DNA from: Laetmonice hystrix
Lineage: Eukaryota
Assembly: GCA_965235115.1 (NCBI GenBank)
Contig: OZ249437.1
Location: 52,080,001-52,144,000, forward strand
Length of the DNA: 64,000 nucleotides
Direction of reading: 5' to 3'
Shown here piece after piece: positions 12,718 through 27,356 of the stretch (the first letter of the stretch is position 1; the number at the start of each line of letters is the position of its first letter). Under the pieces are notes generated by a model that saw nothing but the letters and a program-made list of their open reading frames with translations, searched no databases and had not been told where the DNA came from. The position numbers and the translations under genes are program-made.

Positions 12718-15700
12718 TCACTTGGTAGATTTAATCATTCCTATTACAGATTTTATTTCATTTAAATTCTAGATGATGACTCTCAGCCCAGACTTATATC
12801 CTGGAGGTTATAAGATACGTACATGCGTTATTCAACGGGACAATACCAGAGAATTAGCATAACAACAGTCTGGTTTCCAGTGAGAATCTCATTTTACTTG
12901 ACGCCACCCTCCCGGTACGGCATGGCAAATTGGCGAATAAACATGGCACATTGATGACTTCCTCATTTCCATGTGGACAACACTGGTCACCTAATCAGGA
13001 GTGTTTGAAGGGCTTGCCAATATTCCATCAGCCCCGACATCTAGGTCACTCTGCCCGTATATATATTTGATCCTGTCCTTCTATATGACAGACTGCCAGC
13101 AAGCGCCAAGTCGCATCAGTTGTGGTTTCTGGGCAACATAAACAACGCCCTTTGTGGCTACAAACGATTGACAAGCGTGACAATGCCACTTTTGCATACA
13201 AGCAACACATCATCAATCAACCAAGTTTCACTGAAATTTATTTTTGCTTATGCTTTATCTTATGTTTCAACATTTCCTGTATAGTTTTATAATGATAACT
13301 TGAAGAAAATGGCGAGGAAGGTATTGATAACGTTTGAGGTAGGGAGAAGCTATCTGTACGTATACATTGTATTCATAAAACAAATACCGGTACACAAACT
13401 CAAAGACTATACTGTAGTAAAAGCCAGATACCTGAGTTATTGTGGTCTGACAATGTCAGGATTTGGGTTCAGGCTAGACTCTCACTTTCTGAGGCATTTC
13501 TTGGCTGACGACCTGCATAAATTCCCGCAGGCATGACCCTGATCATCATTATAAACAACTGACCGGTCGCAGTACATCTTAAATCTCCACTGATTCTGAG
13601 ACGTGAGGTTTCTTTATTTGATATTTCCACGTACTTTAAAAAAGTGAGTCCTTCAGCCCTCTAATCTATGGACGTGCCCAAACGTATCCTGCATTAAAGT
13701 TGAAAAGGAAAACTACTTTTCCCGTTTAGTTTAAAAAGCATGTATGGTTCAGAGAAAGCAAATGGCAAAACAATGAAAATGGCGAGAAGTCCAAAGACCT
13801 GTTACAATTATTGTACTTCCTAGTCTTGTTTGGAGAACTATACGTCAGAATTGTAAACAGAGGTTCAACTTTCCAAACTTCCAGCTTCTGTTATATTATG
13901 TGAGCAATAGGCCACTGGTCCTGTCCTGACAATAACCGCCATATCAACTCATATCTTGGGACACATTGATAGATCACCATAAGGACACTCTAAAAGCAGG
14001 TCATGCCACACTAGTTTCTGTTTCCGTCATTTAAATTTCCATCTCCAATGCCTTCCAGCGTAAAGTCCATGAATTGGACCTGTTACCAAAGTTGATGCCT
14101 CACAATGCTCCCATTTTGTCTTTTCGCATTTTTTGGGAGTATTATATATACCAACCTCTGAATCACCGCTGATGACTAGGAAAACAATGATAAAAGCCAC
14201 ATGACCAATCGGATGGGGAATCCAGACGTACGTGTTAGATGTACATACACCTTGACTCTTTTTAACGAGATATCTAACATTTTCCGCGATGGAACAATAA
14301 TTACAGTACTGAGGTACTTTTAAAGTGATTTTTGTGGGTTTTTTCTTTGTGTGTTTGAGCTAAAAGTTAGTTTCTGAGTAAACTGCACGGTATATTCGTT
14401 CTCCGGATAAATTGTCACCCATCAGCCCCTTAATGTTACCACAGCAACAGCACCCTCATTGAGTACTTGGACCAACACCATAAAAGTCGACTTGGTCATT
14501 TTACTACAACCGCCGGGTCACCACTGACAACATCGTAATGACACCATGATGGCCTGTGCGAACTTTCTCCCAGGCACAGCCGTCCAATTCTCCCCACTCA
14601 TACTCATTGTCTGGTCTGACGAAATATCAACTGTTGCGGATCTGAAGGTATCGGGATTTTGAATTTTAGGGTTCACTTAGGCCTACACATATAACAATTC
14701 CTTCGGATAATTTCTTCCCAATTTTCTCGTCAACATTGTAAGAAGCAGAATTCTCTTGAAATTGACAAATAAAAGAAAACATTCAAAATACCCATGCCAA
14801 ATTAGTATTAAATTTCCAAATATAGTTAAGGAACAAACATTAACCTTTCCTGTAGTCAAGGGTCAATGCTGGGACCTTCGTTTTGGATCACAAGCACGCA
14901 GTGGTAATCCGGTACTTCAAGCTCCTCAAAGGTTTGACTTAATCCTCTACGGTATGCTCCAGGCATGTTACAACCGCCACAATAAGCTAAAGGCATTCTC
15001 TACCTTCCACATTGTGGCCAAAGGTGTGCTTCACGCCGAACAATATACGCGATCCGTGCGGTATGCTGCGGACATGCTCCACGCCCCACATGTCCAAAAA
15101 TACACCGAAGAATATACGCAGGCCCCACAATATGCTGAAGGGTCCCAGGGCGTGGCTCACCAGTAGGGCCTACAAGCTTGGTGACTAGGGGTGGTACCTC
15201 TCTACACGACCTGTCCACATCAATCACCCTGACAACAAGGACACATTCTCTAGGGCTTTCCTCCCCTGAGCTAAACTATGGATCGTGCCGCCTGCATTAC
15301 GACCCATCTACTCGACATAAGGTAGATCTACTCATCCCATACGGTCTGGGTGAGAACCCTGACATGCCTTGAACACTCCATAATGTAACAACCTTTACTT
15401 CATTTGGCACGGCATTACTAGTGCCACTTCATCAGGCCCTATATAAAAACTCTCTCGACGCCCTAACCAGGACCCCTTACCATGCCCTCACCATGGCCTG
15501 CCACCGCTTCTCTCTCAGTGACCTTGGGTAAGTATTTCAAGATGGCTTTTATCAGGCCATCAGCCCCGATGGTCCTTGGCCCTCAACAAGAATATCTTCA
15601 GGCTCCCACCTATACTCCTACATACGACCCTCATCTCCGTCCACATCACACTACCATAATGTCACTGGCATGTGGGGGAAAAGCAGGGCCCAACACAGAT

Positions 15701-18067
15701 CTATTGCTGCCTCTGGCATCTATTTCAGTCAACTCTGATATTTGTGTAAGTTTGTCTGGTCCAATGACAACAGAGTGCTGATGACATGGACAGCAGGCCC
15801 GTCCCACTTGCTAAGTGATCTGCTGAGAGGGGAACACCACTTATGGTTGTCTCCCAGATAAGATTGACGAAAAGCAATTTTTGATACAGCTAGACTCTAT
15901 ACCCTATAAAGAACACAAACACACCCCAAGAACCGCCCCTATCTGAGGTAAGCAGTCGTTGGTATAAGTATCATTTATGGTACTCTCACCCCCCCCCCCC
16001 GCCGCTTGGTTGTTGTGTCTAGGGGGTCACTGCATCAATGTCAGCAAGCTCCACTTTCATAGGGTTAAGATCTTACCACTTCAAACAGGCCACTTGTTTT
16101 GTAGGAGGATCTTTCTACTGCTTGCTATTGCAGTACACAGTCTCCAGATAAAGACGTCGAATGGAATGCTGACCATATGTGGCATTTGAATGGCACAACT
16201 TTAGTCTTTAACAAAGCCTGTCTGAATAATGGGTACACAATGGAACTCTGGGATGTGATATTCTGACTATAACATTAAAATTAATTACATTTTCAGGACA
16301 AATAGACTCATTGATGTATAGGTTTGACGCAGTATGAAGGCTTTAGATTAAAACAACCATTGCTTTTAGAAATTAAACGGCCTTTGTCCCCATGAAAAGG
16401 AATTCTGATGGGAATTGGGGCTTAGAGGAAATAAACATGTAATATTGTCCCATTATAGGCCTACCGCAGTGCTATGGAAAACAAAATATAAAAAATATAA
16501 CCAGAATGCCAGACAGGTTGGAAGGACGGTCCAAGTGATTGTAATGATTATTGAACTTTCATTTAAAGGGTTTTTTTTGCTCTCAGGTTAACTGACGTAT
16601 GACCGTGGATATGTTGGTATTTTGTAACACCCCTTATGAGGAAAATGGTGCTCTTGGTTTGTAATTGCAGTTTCTTTCATTGTGTAGCCTACTACAGGTG
16701 AACGAGGCTCCATCCATGGTTTGCATGGTTTGATCATAGTTTCGCAGCCGAGTGACCACGAGTGAATCAGGCGCTCCCCCAGAGCATAGAATTTTTTTTC
16801 TCTTATTCAACGGAATAACGTCAAACGAGCAAGTGCGAATCATTCCCGCCGTTTTGAACCCGTTGAGCGACGATTCTCTGCCGTACTCAAAAATACAGAG
16901 CACGAAGGAGGTGGTTGTCAGTGCGAACACTGACTGACTGGCTTGTTTTTAAACGCCAGGTTTACATAAACCTACCACTATGCAATGCCATATTCCTTTT
17001 CGATGGATCCCAAGGGATCGTTTTTTTAATAAAGACACAAGAAGCCTGCATGCGTGGGCCCTCAATCCGCAAACCGTAACCTGACTGTATGTCCTCACTG
17101 ACTGTCGACTGTTGCTTCCTTGGACAATGCCATTTGAGTCAATTTGTATCTCTGCTATGTCCGTGTCGACATGTTTATTGTCAGGCGACACTAGAACTAA
17201 TTTGTCAAAACACTATATTGTGGGGCCGCGGCGACCTCATTCAAAACACATGCAGAACTGGTAGGGGTCTACTCTACTGTTTTGGGGGCGAATGCCGCAT
17301 GCACATATTTACTAGTATGATAGAATCCATTTTCTTTTGCAGACGGTTTCAAGTTCATATCGATACAAAGATGGGTTAGTTCGAATACAGGTCCAGAAAC
17401 ATTATTTCTATTACTACACGCTCTGTTCTGTGATTACGGCGAATTCATTGTGATCAATAATTAAACGATCGCACATAATTTCCCCGTAACGAAGCGAATC
17501 CACAACATGTTGTATGGACACAGTTAGTTATGTCCTGCTGCAACTGACCTTTTGGGCAGAACTGTCAACTTTCAACTAGAAGCATTACATTTTCCCCGCT
17601 ATGATTCACCATGATCCGGCATACGTCACTTACGTCAAAAACTAGCAATCGTAGATCAGAGATCGTCTTTACAAACTGATATTTGCTCCTGCCGTATGCG
17701 ACGCCGAGTATCGCAGTTCGCCTGAATATTTTCCCAGACTGATAGAATTTACAAGACTCTCTTCGACCAATCTTGCCAACTTCACGCTCCCTGTTTCCAT
17801 GAGCATCAGCCGAACGTTTGGACTCATTTCACTGATGCTTGAAATACTCTTTTCATTGCAGCCAGATGTCCTCGGGCGTGTCCAGAGTTTCATGCCCAAA
17901 AGGTACATTGAATTCAAGTACATATTGTGGGAGGGAGTGGGGGTGCTGCTGCTAGGTTTATTGCAGTACTATTCATTTTTTTAATAAAGTAGTAGAAAAT
18001 GTGTATAGACTAAAAACTTTAAAAACTAGATACCTTCAGTGCGAGAGTAGCGCAACCAAAACTTTAA

Positions 18068-18655
18068 CCGGTACTTTGTCCACAATACAACCTGGCACTA
18101 TGGTAAACATCGATATATAAAGTAACAATTCACACCAATAAAAAAGCATGACGACCTTCAATAGCTGCCAACAATACCTGGTTTTTATGTATAATCTCAC
18201 TACTTCATGGATGCCGCCATTGAATCTTCCCCCTGCCACACCCCCACCGCTTAACCAATCAGGTGGCGTTTCTTAATCGGAACTGGAACGTCCGTGACGT
18301 CACCGGGGTCAGAAAACGTGGTCATAAACACAGCGAAGAAGTAGCTCAGACTCACTCGTCGATTTTTTTATCAGTCATTAGGCGCACGAAAATTAATTAA
18401 CACACAAAACGAGACGCAGGGACAACTATAATGCCTACTTGTGCAGGAGTGGGATGTACGGCCAGGTCTGGGCTGGGGGCAGGGCAGCAGCTCTGACCCC
18501 AGTGACGTCACGCTCCGCACGGTAATAGCGCGGCGTGGATATCATCTCTTCAAAACTCTCTCCAAAATAATTTTTTAATTCGAAACTTCGCCATTCCGCT
18601 CTCAATACCATGACCAATGATCCCAGCTGTAAGGTATTATTCGGTAAAGTACGGG
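18068..18655. mobile_element. TTAA-flanked non-autonomous DNA element (piggyBac-like termini)
   Basis: TTAA|CCGGTACTTT ... AAAGTACGGG|TTAA. An internal 21-bp inverted repeat lies at 18293-18313 and 18492-18512 (1 mismatch). Confidence 0.6.
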
Positions 18656-19447
18656 TTAAATACTTTCTAATTCACACAAACAATGTTTAGATTTGGATTT
18701 TCCCTCTTGTCCACAATTACAAACAACGCCCCCTGTCCTTACGATAAAGTACTTATTCTGGCCACACGATCCCATAGCTTTGCTCAAGACAACACTGCGA
18801 CTGTATCTGAACGTCAATCTCTGTGACACTCTGGGTAGCAGATCAAACTATAAATGCTTTTAGGTTTGAGAAACAAACCGACTTGTGTTTATTGTGAGAA
18901 TGTCTATGTTGTTGTTCCTCAACAATATCCACAATCTCGTGTTTTCAGCTACCCTAAGATCTAGGTCATGAGAAAACATACTCTTAAAGCGTTAGATCGT
19001 AGGGGACATGCGACTCCACTATGCCACCGATTTTATTTTACTGCTTATCGTCTTAGAAGCCATATTTCTTTCTCCTCTGATCAAAAAAACTGGTGCTGTG
19101 GCATTGTTAGTTATACAGGGTCACTGGGAGACACGAGAAAAGCTGATGGGTCAGAGTACAATTGGTTGAAAACTTTGGATAGACAAGGGTGAAGGGCTAG
19201 AGTAGGTACGCAGACAATAAGCACTTTTTTCCTGTTAAAATATAACGCTGTTCCCGTATTCCACGTCACTTCTGGCTTCTTTAAACGCTCCCACTGAATT
19301 CTTTTTGCAACTAATTAAATGCCTTTTTTGCCCAAATCATAATCACACTTCAACCTAATCTTGTGAGAGCCTTGTTCTTTTGTCTGAAAGACAGACGTAC
19401 TGTTTCAGGCTTTAAACAAATCCGAGGAATTTGGGGTGCCACTTTAA

Positions 19448-20024
19448 AGGGAAATGTGAGTATTCAAAGCGCCGCGTAGTGAGTCGCGTTGGTACTACTG
19501 GGAAATGTGAGTGTTCAAAGCGCCGCGTAGTGAGCTTTAACAGAAAAATGTTTCGCTTATTTATGCAGTCAACTAGTTTGATGTGGAAATCAGTAGTATT
19601 TTTTAAACCATGACCCAAACTGTGTGCCAGAACCTGTCTACTCCATTGAATGTTATAGTTAAGACCCGTGTTTTACCAAGGCACTGACTGTTTGGCAGGC
19701 TGTAACTTTTTTTTAATTCAGTGACCCCCAATTTTTTTTCTTTTAAACTATTAGTCCTGATCCACTTTATCTTGTCACCGAGTTTCAGGAGAAAATCAGT
19801 AGTCGTTTTTTAACTATTAGTCAAAATGTCTGAAAATCCGTTTTTTCCATTGAAACCTATAGTAAAGATCCATTTTTTTACGGAGGCCTGTATAAAAAAA
19901 TCTAATTTGGTGACATATAATTTTTTTGTTTCTTTGTACCCCTAAGGACAAAGGCTATCCCCCATAAAAATATTTTGAAAATTCTAGTGGTCATTCAAAT
20001 TCCGTCGAACACTCACATTTCACT
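19448..20024. mobile_element. Kolobok-like MITE
   Basis: TTAA|AGGGAAATGTGAGT ... ACTCACATTTCACT|TTAA. The left ~35 bp is tandemly duplicated at about 19500-19533. Confidence 0.75.
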
Positions 20025-23000
20025 TTAACATATCATACAAATCCTTAACGCTAAGTTCAGTCCCAATTCCGATATCCCAATCTAAGACACCCTTGGCTCT
20101 CTTATTCCTTCCTCCTTCTTGGCTTGGAAGGGGGGGTGTCTCTTTTGCTCTTTAATGGGTGTATCATAATTCTTGAGCACCCAAGATTGGAGGGGTACCG
20201 CGGAAGGCGAGATTAAGGTCCAATTATTGACAGCTTTCAGTGGCCTCTCGATTATATTTATACAACTGTTCGATATTTAAGAAACCTAGTTTGATAAATG
20301 TTTCCCTGGGACTCCCATACTTGGGAATTGAATCTGTATTTCTTAACACCGTTCTTTGTAGTTTTAAGTAAGCCGAAGTAGTGGCGCCCCATACACTGAT
20401 ACCATAAGGATATATAAATGACTAATATAATGTTGCCAATGTCGCTGTATTAAATCAGATAATGTTAGGATTCAGATACAGTTTTACAAATTATCGCGTT
20501 CACCTACAGATCGAGGATCAATACCAATACACTCGTGTAAGGAGCCGTTGTATCTCATTCATAGGAAACACTGTCTTGTCTGACTGATACGACAGGCTTT
20601 TAATGAGAACCTAGCCTAGACAACACTTGCTTGATGAGTCAGCTGGGTCGAATTGAGAGTAACAGGTGAATATAATCGTCACCATTGACAGTCCCAGGTC
20701 ATGGCTAGCGTCGGCATGGTCCAGGGTCAGTGCTGATAGTGATAGCAATCGGTTCTATCAAAGGACTTGACCCAGCCTATACAATAAGTAGCCTATAGCC
20801 GGTACATACACAAAAAGGCACATCCCCACTGGGAATAGGTGGTTACCTGTTGATCCCAATGAACTTTCATTGAACTCTACACTAGGTCATTCGATATGCC
20901 CTTCACACAAAAATCAACCTGTGTGCGAATTCAAATCCTTGTCATTACTTTGACTAAAAAAAACTTTTGTATTATTTCCTGTCTTTAAAAACAACCGTAG
21001 GCCTATAGGCAAAACGGAACATGACTACCCCCCCCCCCTCGTGTCAGACCACATTTTTGAAATGTTTAAAATGAATAATGCCAGCACACGACCTGGAAAT
21101 AGAATGGAATTCTGGGCTTCCGCTAGCCATTCGCCACGTTCGCATTGGCGATTATAGCAAAGTGACAAAATGGAATATGACAAAACACACCATGTTTTTG
21201 CCACGCTTTTATTTAGTTGGAGAAAAAATAATATGGCTAAACAAATTTTGATGTGGCTAAAGCATCTGGTTACCCGTTTAGCTACGGTGGCTATAAGGAC
21301 TATTCTTGCATAGAGGAAGCCCAGGATCATCTTATAACAAGGAAGCTATTGTCGTATTGACACTTCATAGTGACACAACGTACATTACCCTCCGACTCAC
21401 CCAACACGTGGGGGACTCATTACGACGAATACCCGGTAATTAACTCACCTTGTCTTAACGAAGCAGATGTTCTTTTTAAATTGATCCTTCCTAAGATAAG
21501 ACACCTGCAGGCGAAGCACAGTGGCTGTCGTTACACTCTAACAGTTCAGTTGCTGCCGGTATCCTACTCGAATTCAAACTGACAACGCATGGCTGTGAGC
21601 CGACAATCTTTAAGGCCAGCCTCTCTATCAGTATGTGTGTTGGGGGACTCACATTTTAGATAGACCACTCACGACCAACGCTGACCCACCACTCGTGGTG
21701 ACACACTTTCTTCATGTATGTCCCTGTACTCTGGACCGTGACATTTAGGACAGTTTTTACGCTCTGTGACACATCGTCACAAAAGAATCATCAAGATTTA
21801 ACATGGTGCTCTACACATCCTGTACATAGCTTGAGTTTGTGCTAAGGCTCGCAGACAAAATCTGTTTCCATGCGGTGAAACAGCTGTATCAAATGATCAA
21901 CTGACGTTGTCGTTTCAAAAAGAGGTGCAAGTTCTCTTTCTCAATTTGGAAAAAAATACTATCAAAACATTATCACTCTCAGACGCAGTTTACAAATTGA
22001 TCTTGTAGGATACTTACTCTTATATTCTAAATGAACGAATAGGCCTTTTTCTCAGTACTATCCACAAAGTGAACGTTACTTCTAGTTCCGTCAAATATTG
22101 CAACGTACAGGCTCAGATCAAGTTGCAGCACTAAATGTTCTACTGTTAAATATTTTTCTTGTGTTATGGATCTGTTTCACAACTATAGAAATAGTATAGG
22201 CAATATATGTGAAATGGCTAATATTTCCAGACACAACACATAGCGGGGGTCACAGAGAAAGGCCTCGCTGTGATTTCCTCCGAAACATCATATTGGAAGA
22301 ACTTTGCACCTGGGCGCTATTCATTAGCGACGCCAAATTACCTCATATAATGTAAATAGTGCGTGTAAATGACGGTATGATTATGTAATCTGTGTATAGG
22401 AAATTACCAGGAAAAATGACATGATTTTGTAGGATTTTGTATGTGATGTTATGTCCATTATGTTATGTAAGTGTGGTGTGCAATGTGTAATTTTGTATTG
22501 TATTATGTATATGTAAAATGTGGAGTTATGTTGTATAATTGTAAATTGTATGTACATGTATATATAAAATAAATAAAAAAATATATATATATAAAAAACA
22601 AACTCGAGTGACCATAGGTCAAAGGTCAGGTGAGGAGGATCAGCAAGTGAGGTCATCCCGGAAATAATAGTCGGTCATCTCTCTCACCTGGTGGGTATGT
22701 CAATATACCGCGTATCTAACTATACTGTAACAGTACAATGTGGTGAAAATGACCACCTGTTGACCAATGGTCACTCCAACAGCCCTGACCATGAACAGAT
22801 TCGGTAACACATTATAAGTCTGACATATATAGGCCTAACGCTCATGAAACTTCAGTCAGACATAGCAGACGAGACATATACATACATGCAATAACTCTCG
22901 TCTTTTTTAGATTAAACATTTTATTTACTACCGAATGGCAATATGGGACATGATATTGTGACTCAGGATCATTATATCACAGATCATTATAATATATATC

Positions 23001-23690
23001 TAAAAATAGTTTTAAGCGCTGGAAAAAACACACTTACAAAAACGACAAGCCATACTGTTAATGGTTATATCAATTAGGACGCGAGTTGTCCTGTGATAAT
23101 GTCGACAGTCTTGCTCACGAATCCTGCCTCAATCTGGAGTTGGCTGGACCCAATTATAGGAAGCCAATGACACTTTTGTAATACAAAAACATAAACATCT
23201 GGCTAATGTCCAATGTTTCATAATGACTTATGCATTCCCCATTCAGAATAAGGTCATCAGCAAACCACGTGTCGGTAGCTACCAGTAGGGCCTATACACT
23301 AATTCACGAACCATTTCCTCAAAAGGCTTTTAATCATTCTAAAATTTCAGATAGCAGGATCTTTACTGAAAAGCACAAGGGATTTCAACTTGTAATTATT
23401 GTATTTAAGACTGAACACTGGTAAAAAGAACAAAGGGTAAAATGTCAATGCAAACTGCCAAGCAGATTGATAAGGCTCAAGACAATAAAACAGGCATAAT
23501 TTCATTCTTAAATTAAGGCCACAACAGACTGCTTTCATTCGATAAAATTGGAATAAAATTCATTATTCATTCATGCTTACCCAAACACATCCGTGTAACG
23601 GACAATAACGTCTTTATCTCTGTTGTTAATGTAATATGACCTATTTCATGGTGCCTTCTGAGTGCTGACGTTGGATGATGGTACAATACA

Positions 23691-23961
23691 CAGGGGCGGA
23701 TCCAGGATTTTCGCTTAGGGGGGGGGGGGGGCTACTGGGACGAAGTCGGAAAGGGTGGCTGGTCCTGAACTGCTGATAACTAAATGATGTTTTATACAAA
23801 TTTCAATGTTCATAAATCTCCACGTTTACTGTTAAACCTTTACTTTACTGCTCGAAAGGGGTGGCTGGGTTCATTTGGGCCTAAGTTATACTATACTTGT
23901 CCAAAATTTAGGGGGGGGCTGACCCCCCCCCCCCCCCCCCCCCCCCCAAGATTCGCCTCTG
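23691..23961. mobile_element. CAG(G/A)GGCG(G/A)ATC-ended MITE with poly-G/poly-C subtermini
   Basis: TIRs CAGGGGCGGATC / GATTCGCCTCTG, with ATACA on both flanks. Related ends occur at 27357-27496, about 47100-47137, 50357-50470, about 60251 and about 63243-63255. Confidence 0.75.
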
Positions 23962-25584
23962 ATACAGGAACTCGCATTGAAATAAACGTAGGCTACATGG
24001 CTGTAGTGTAGAACAGCATGAGGTCAAATAATGTGATGGGTTCCAACACTAACGTGGATGGGATACACAATATTACTTCTGGGTGTCGACTACCAGGAAA
24101 ACTGTCTTGGCTTTACCCATCCTGGACCAATCCCAACTCAAGCCCCAGCGATGGAAGAAACCAGCGCTGTCTCACTGTCACTCGGAGCCGATCCTGTTAC
24201 GTTATGACGTAACCTATGTGAACACGCCCGAGAGGCCAAGAACATTAACAATGGAATTTAAAAACCATCTATTATTGAATACTCACATCAAAGAGTGATA
24301 CTCAGAGTCTGACTTTTGTGTACGAGGTTGATGTAACAATAAAGACGCTATCCCAGATCTGAATAGTAAAAGTTTTGAGCGAATGCTATCATCGACCCAA
24401 GTATTATGGTGTCGTGGGGGCGGCGTTCAACTGGTATTTGCCAGCCATTGGTTATTCCAAAATATATGAAGTAAGCCCTTGTAATGACCTTGGTATGACC
24501 AGACAACTTTATTTGTCTCAAATGATTCCGTAACGAACAAAACAATGGCTGGACAATGGTTAAACCCGCCAACTGCCCGAGTTAATGTGGGGAGTCCATC
24601 CTGGGTGGTCTAGAATCCTGCACGATTCCACGTATACGACATGCAATAAGCGACGAACAAGCTATTCGCAGTTGTGTGGTAGCAAGGAAAACCTGATCCA
24701 AGCTAAGAGTGGGAGCAATAATACCAACAATAAGGTTAACGTTACTACCCCCACCTCCACACCCCGAAAACTGCTCTTGTGCGCAGGGCGTGTTGATGGT
24801 AAGAACAGCAGGGCACATCATACCCCGCCCCCTCATACCCCACATTCTCGCCCTATATCCCAATTCAGGGTTCCAACCACCCCCTAACCCCGGCAAAGGT
24901 TCTGCAGAGCTTACCCAGACCCCCCGACGGTATACGCAACCATGCATGATAAAACATCAACATGTCAATCACGTCTCAGGGTGACTCTTTCGGCAGTGGA
25001 ACCATGGGTGCTGATGATCTGGTGGGATCTGCCCTATAAAAGCGGACGTTCCGATCATGTCCAATAGTCTAATGTCCAAAAGTCACAACACAAAACATTC
25101 CACAGTCTGTCACCCAACTAGGTTCAAACTTTTCCTGTCTCATCAAGCTGATAATATGGCTGGTAATGAGCAGTGTAAATTAGACCCTTATTAAGCTTAA
25201 TTTGGCTGACATCTGACAGTTTATCTGTGGGTACTAATGAGCTTTGATGACATCTGCCCTCATCCGCTGAGACAACATGCTCATCCATGCATGGCGCCAT
25301 CTCCCTCCAGAATAATATGGCACCTCGGAGCAAATTAATATTCGCTTACCCCACAAGGGTTCATTAAGACACTACAAGACTACAGTGCGACTTTCTCTTC
25401 GAAATGTGATTCCGAGAAAGTTGTTCAAAGCTTTTGAAATATATACAGATTACATGTAGGCCTACATTTCTGGCCTGCCCACACGTACTCCAACAAGTCA
25501 GAGTCCTAGTCCTTTAGAAACTGAACTAGCCCACACGGTGTATTTAAAGTAAAGGTAACCGGACAAGAGATTCTTAAATCGGCA

Positions 25585-25733
25585 TTCTTTAAACACATTT
25601 GTATGATACTTGGAATCCTTAACTATACAATGCTGTCAACATCTTATTTTGGGTATATTTCCTTGCGAAAATTGGATATTTTCCATTGAGTTGAAAGAAT
25701 CCGGTTTGTTTTGGGGCTTTTGGTCATTAGTCA
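25585..25733 (+). repeat. Interspersed repeat fragment (second copy at 28935-29085)
   Basis: Both copies share AAACACA.TTGTATGATACTTGGA...TTTTGGGTAT.TTTCCTTG.GAAA...GGATATTTTCCATTGA.TTGAAA...CATTAGTCA. Confidence 0.7.
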
Positions 25734-26249
25734 CAGGAAAGCAGTGATATTTGTACCTATTTTGGTATATAAGATGAATATCTTATCTGTGATGGTTAAG
25801 ATGTAGAAATACTTCTGCACCTTATCGTGTTTCCTTTAACCACAAATCCACTCTACATCTCATGCGATCCTACATCCTAATCCACTCCCTATCTCATGCG
25901 ATCCCATACCCTAATCCAATGAAATCACACACTGTAAGAAAGTCAAACCCCAGAACTGGGCCAACTGGCCTCCGGGACCGGGGTAGCCCTAGTGGCCCAG
26001 TCTACCTGTTGATTTCAACTCTGACCTATTTTGATTCTACATGATTCTATTTTTCCTTCCAACTAGGGTACTGTCCTCATTATATTGAGAAAGCGGAGCT
26101 CCTGCATAAATGTTAGACATAAAGAGGCTATATAGGCCTATTGTACCAGGTTGTGCCATTGCCTAATTATATGCTAATGCTCTTGTTTCTCAAGCTGCTG
26201 CTGGGACCCCTGACCCCATCAGTCATACACGGGCAAGATTACCTGTAAA

Positions 26250-26925
26250 TTTGTGAAGGCGCCTCAAGAAATGCCTTATATAAGTTATAATTGGACACAA
26301 CATAATGGATGTTCCACAACTGAATTCTCAGGTAAAAACAGTTGTACACAAGAAAGATAGGCGGTTGAGACCGGAGACCCTGTTGTCCTTGATGGCTGTT
26401 ATAGCCACACCCCCTCCCTCCCAAACAACCCGGAATGACCGATATTCTGTCCCCTGTTCTCACCTGTAACCACCAGGCGAAACCTGCGGTAAAACTTCGC
26501 CAACTTCCAGCGAAGTCGTCCTGCAACACCTCCAACTGTAAATTCCAAATGTGCAGTCACTATTTGATAAATTATATACTCCAAGGCTGGACGGGTGATG
26601 GTGTTGGAAGGTGACTTAAGATGACCACTACGATGACCGTACGCGTGCAAGTCTGGATAGCCAAGTGTCCGTCTTGAGTGCGACAAACCAACTGTGTCAG
26701 GATGTCGGTGGGAGCGACTATACCAGGACGACAGTCAGCGCTCAGTGCTGCTCTCTGCGGCGGCGAGAGCGATTTGACCGGGAGTTCTCCACTCACCACG
26801 GTCAGAGGTTGGGTGACGGTGTTGACGAAGTAAAGTCCTCGCGACTACTGATGCAGGCCAAGTGTCACATTGACACATGAAGAGTCCAGGAACGGAGTGT
26901 CAATTCCAAGGTCTGAACTTAAACT
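26250..26925 (-). mobile_element. Degenerate CR1/L2-clade LINE, RT C-terminal relic
   Basis: Motifs appear in the expected order across frameshifts: DLGI, SWTLHV, RGLYF, ITRPALEY, QLEVLQ, N.F...LWN..VV. These resemble CR1/L2 RT C-termini. Confidence 0.6.
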
Positions 26926-27356
26926 GTGCTACAGCAACACAAGTCTCTACAAGTGGTTTGACAGAGGCGTCTCTCAGTTGACAATCACCGAGGCCTGAGG
27001 CCTATTCAGGGTATATCAAGGAAATACAACTGTTTTCGGCCATGGTCATCATCACGGGTACCCATTCCAGTGTCATATGTCATACGAACAGTTGACTCCA
27101 TGCAATCAAAGAAGATATTAGCCGGCGCGCCCATTCTTCGGTCTCTCCTTCTATCTGTTTCTCATCTCTTTCCTCAACCAATGTGGGCCTGTACTCCGAT
27201 AGTTATCACATAAGAATAGGGGCTATCTGAAGTGTACTGTCTTTTTTTAATCTGAATAAGTAACAATAAGTGAAGTTCTGATGAGTTCTTCGCAACTTTT
27301 CTTATCGATTTTCGATAGGTTTCCAATGACAAAATCTCCAAATTTTAAAACTTTAG

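Noticed and set aside
14756-15781. Cluster of 60-136 aa ORFs with a TATA-like site at 15441 and a donor at 15527
   Set aside because: No recognisable domain and no chain of phase-compatible exons.
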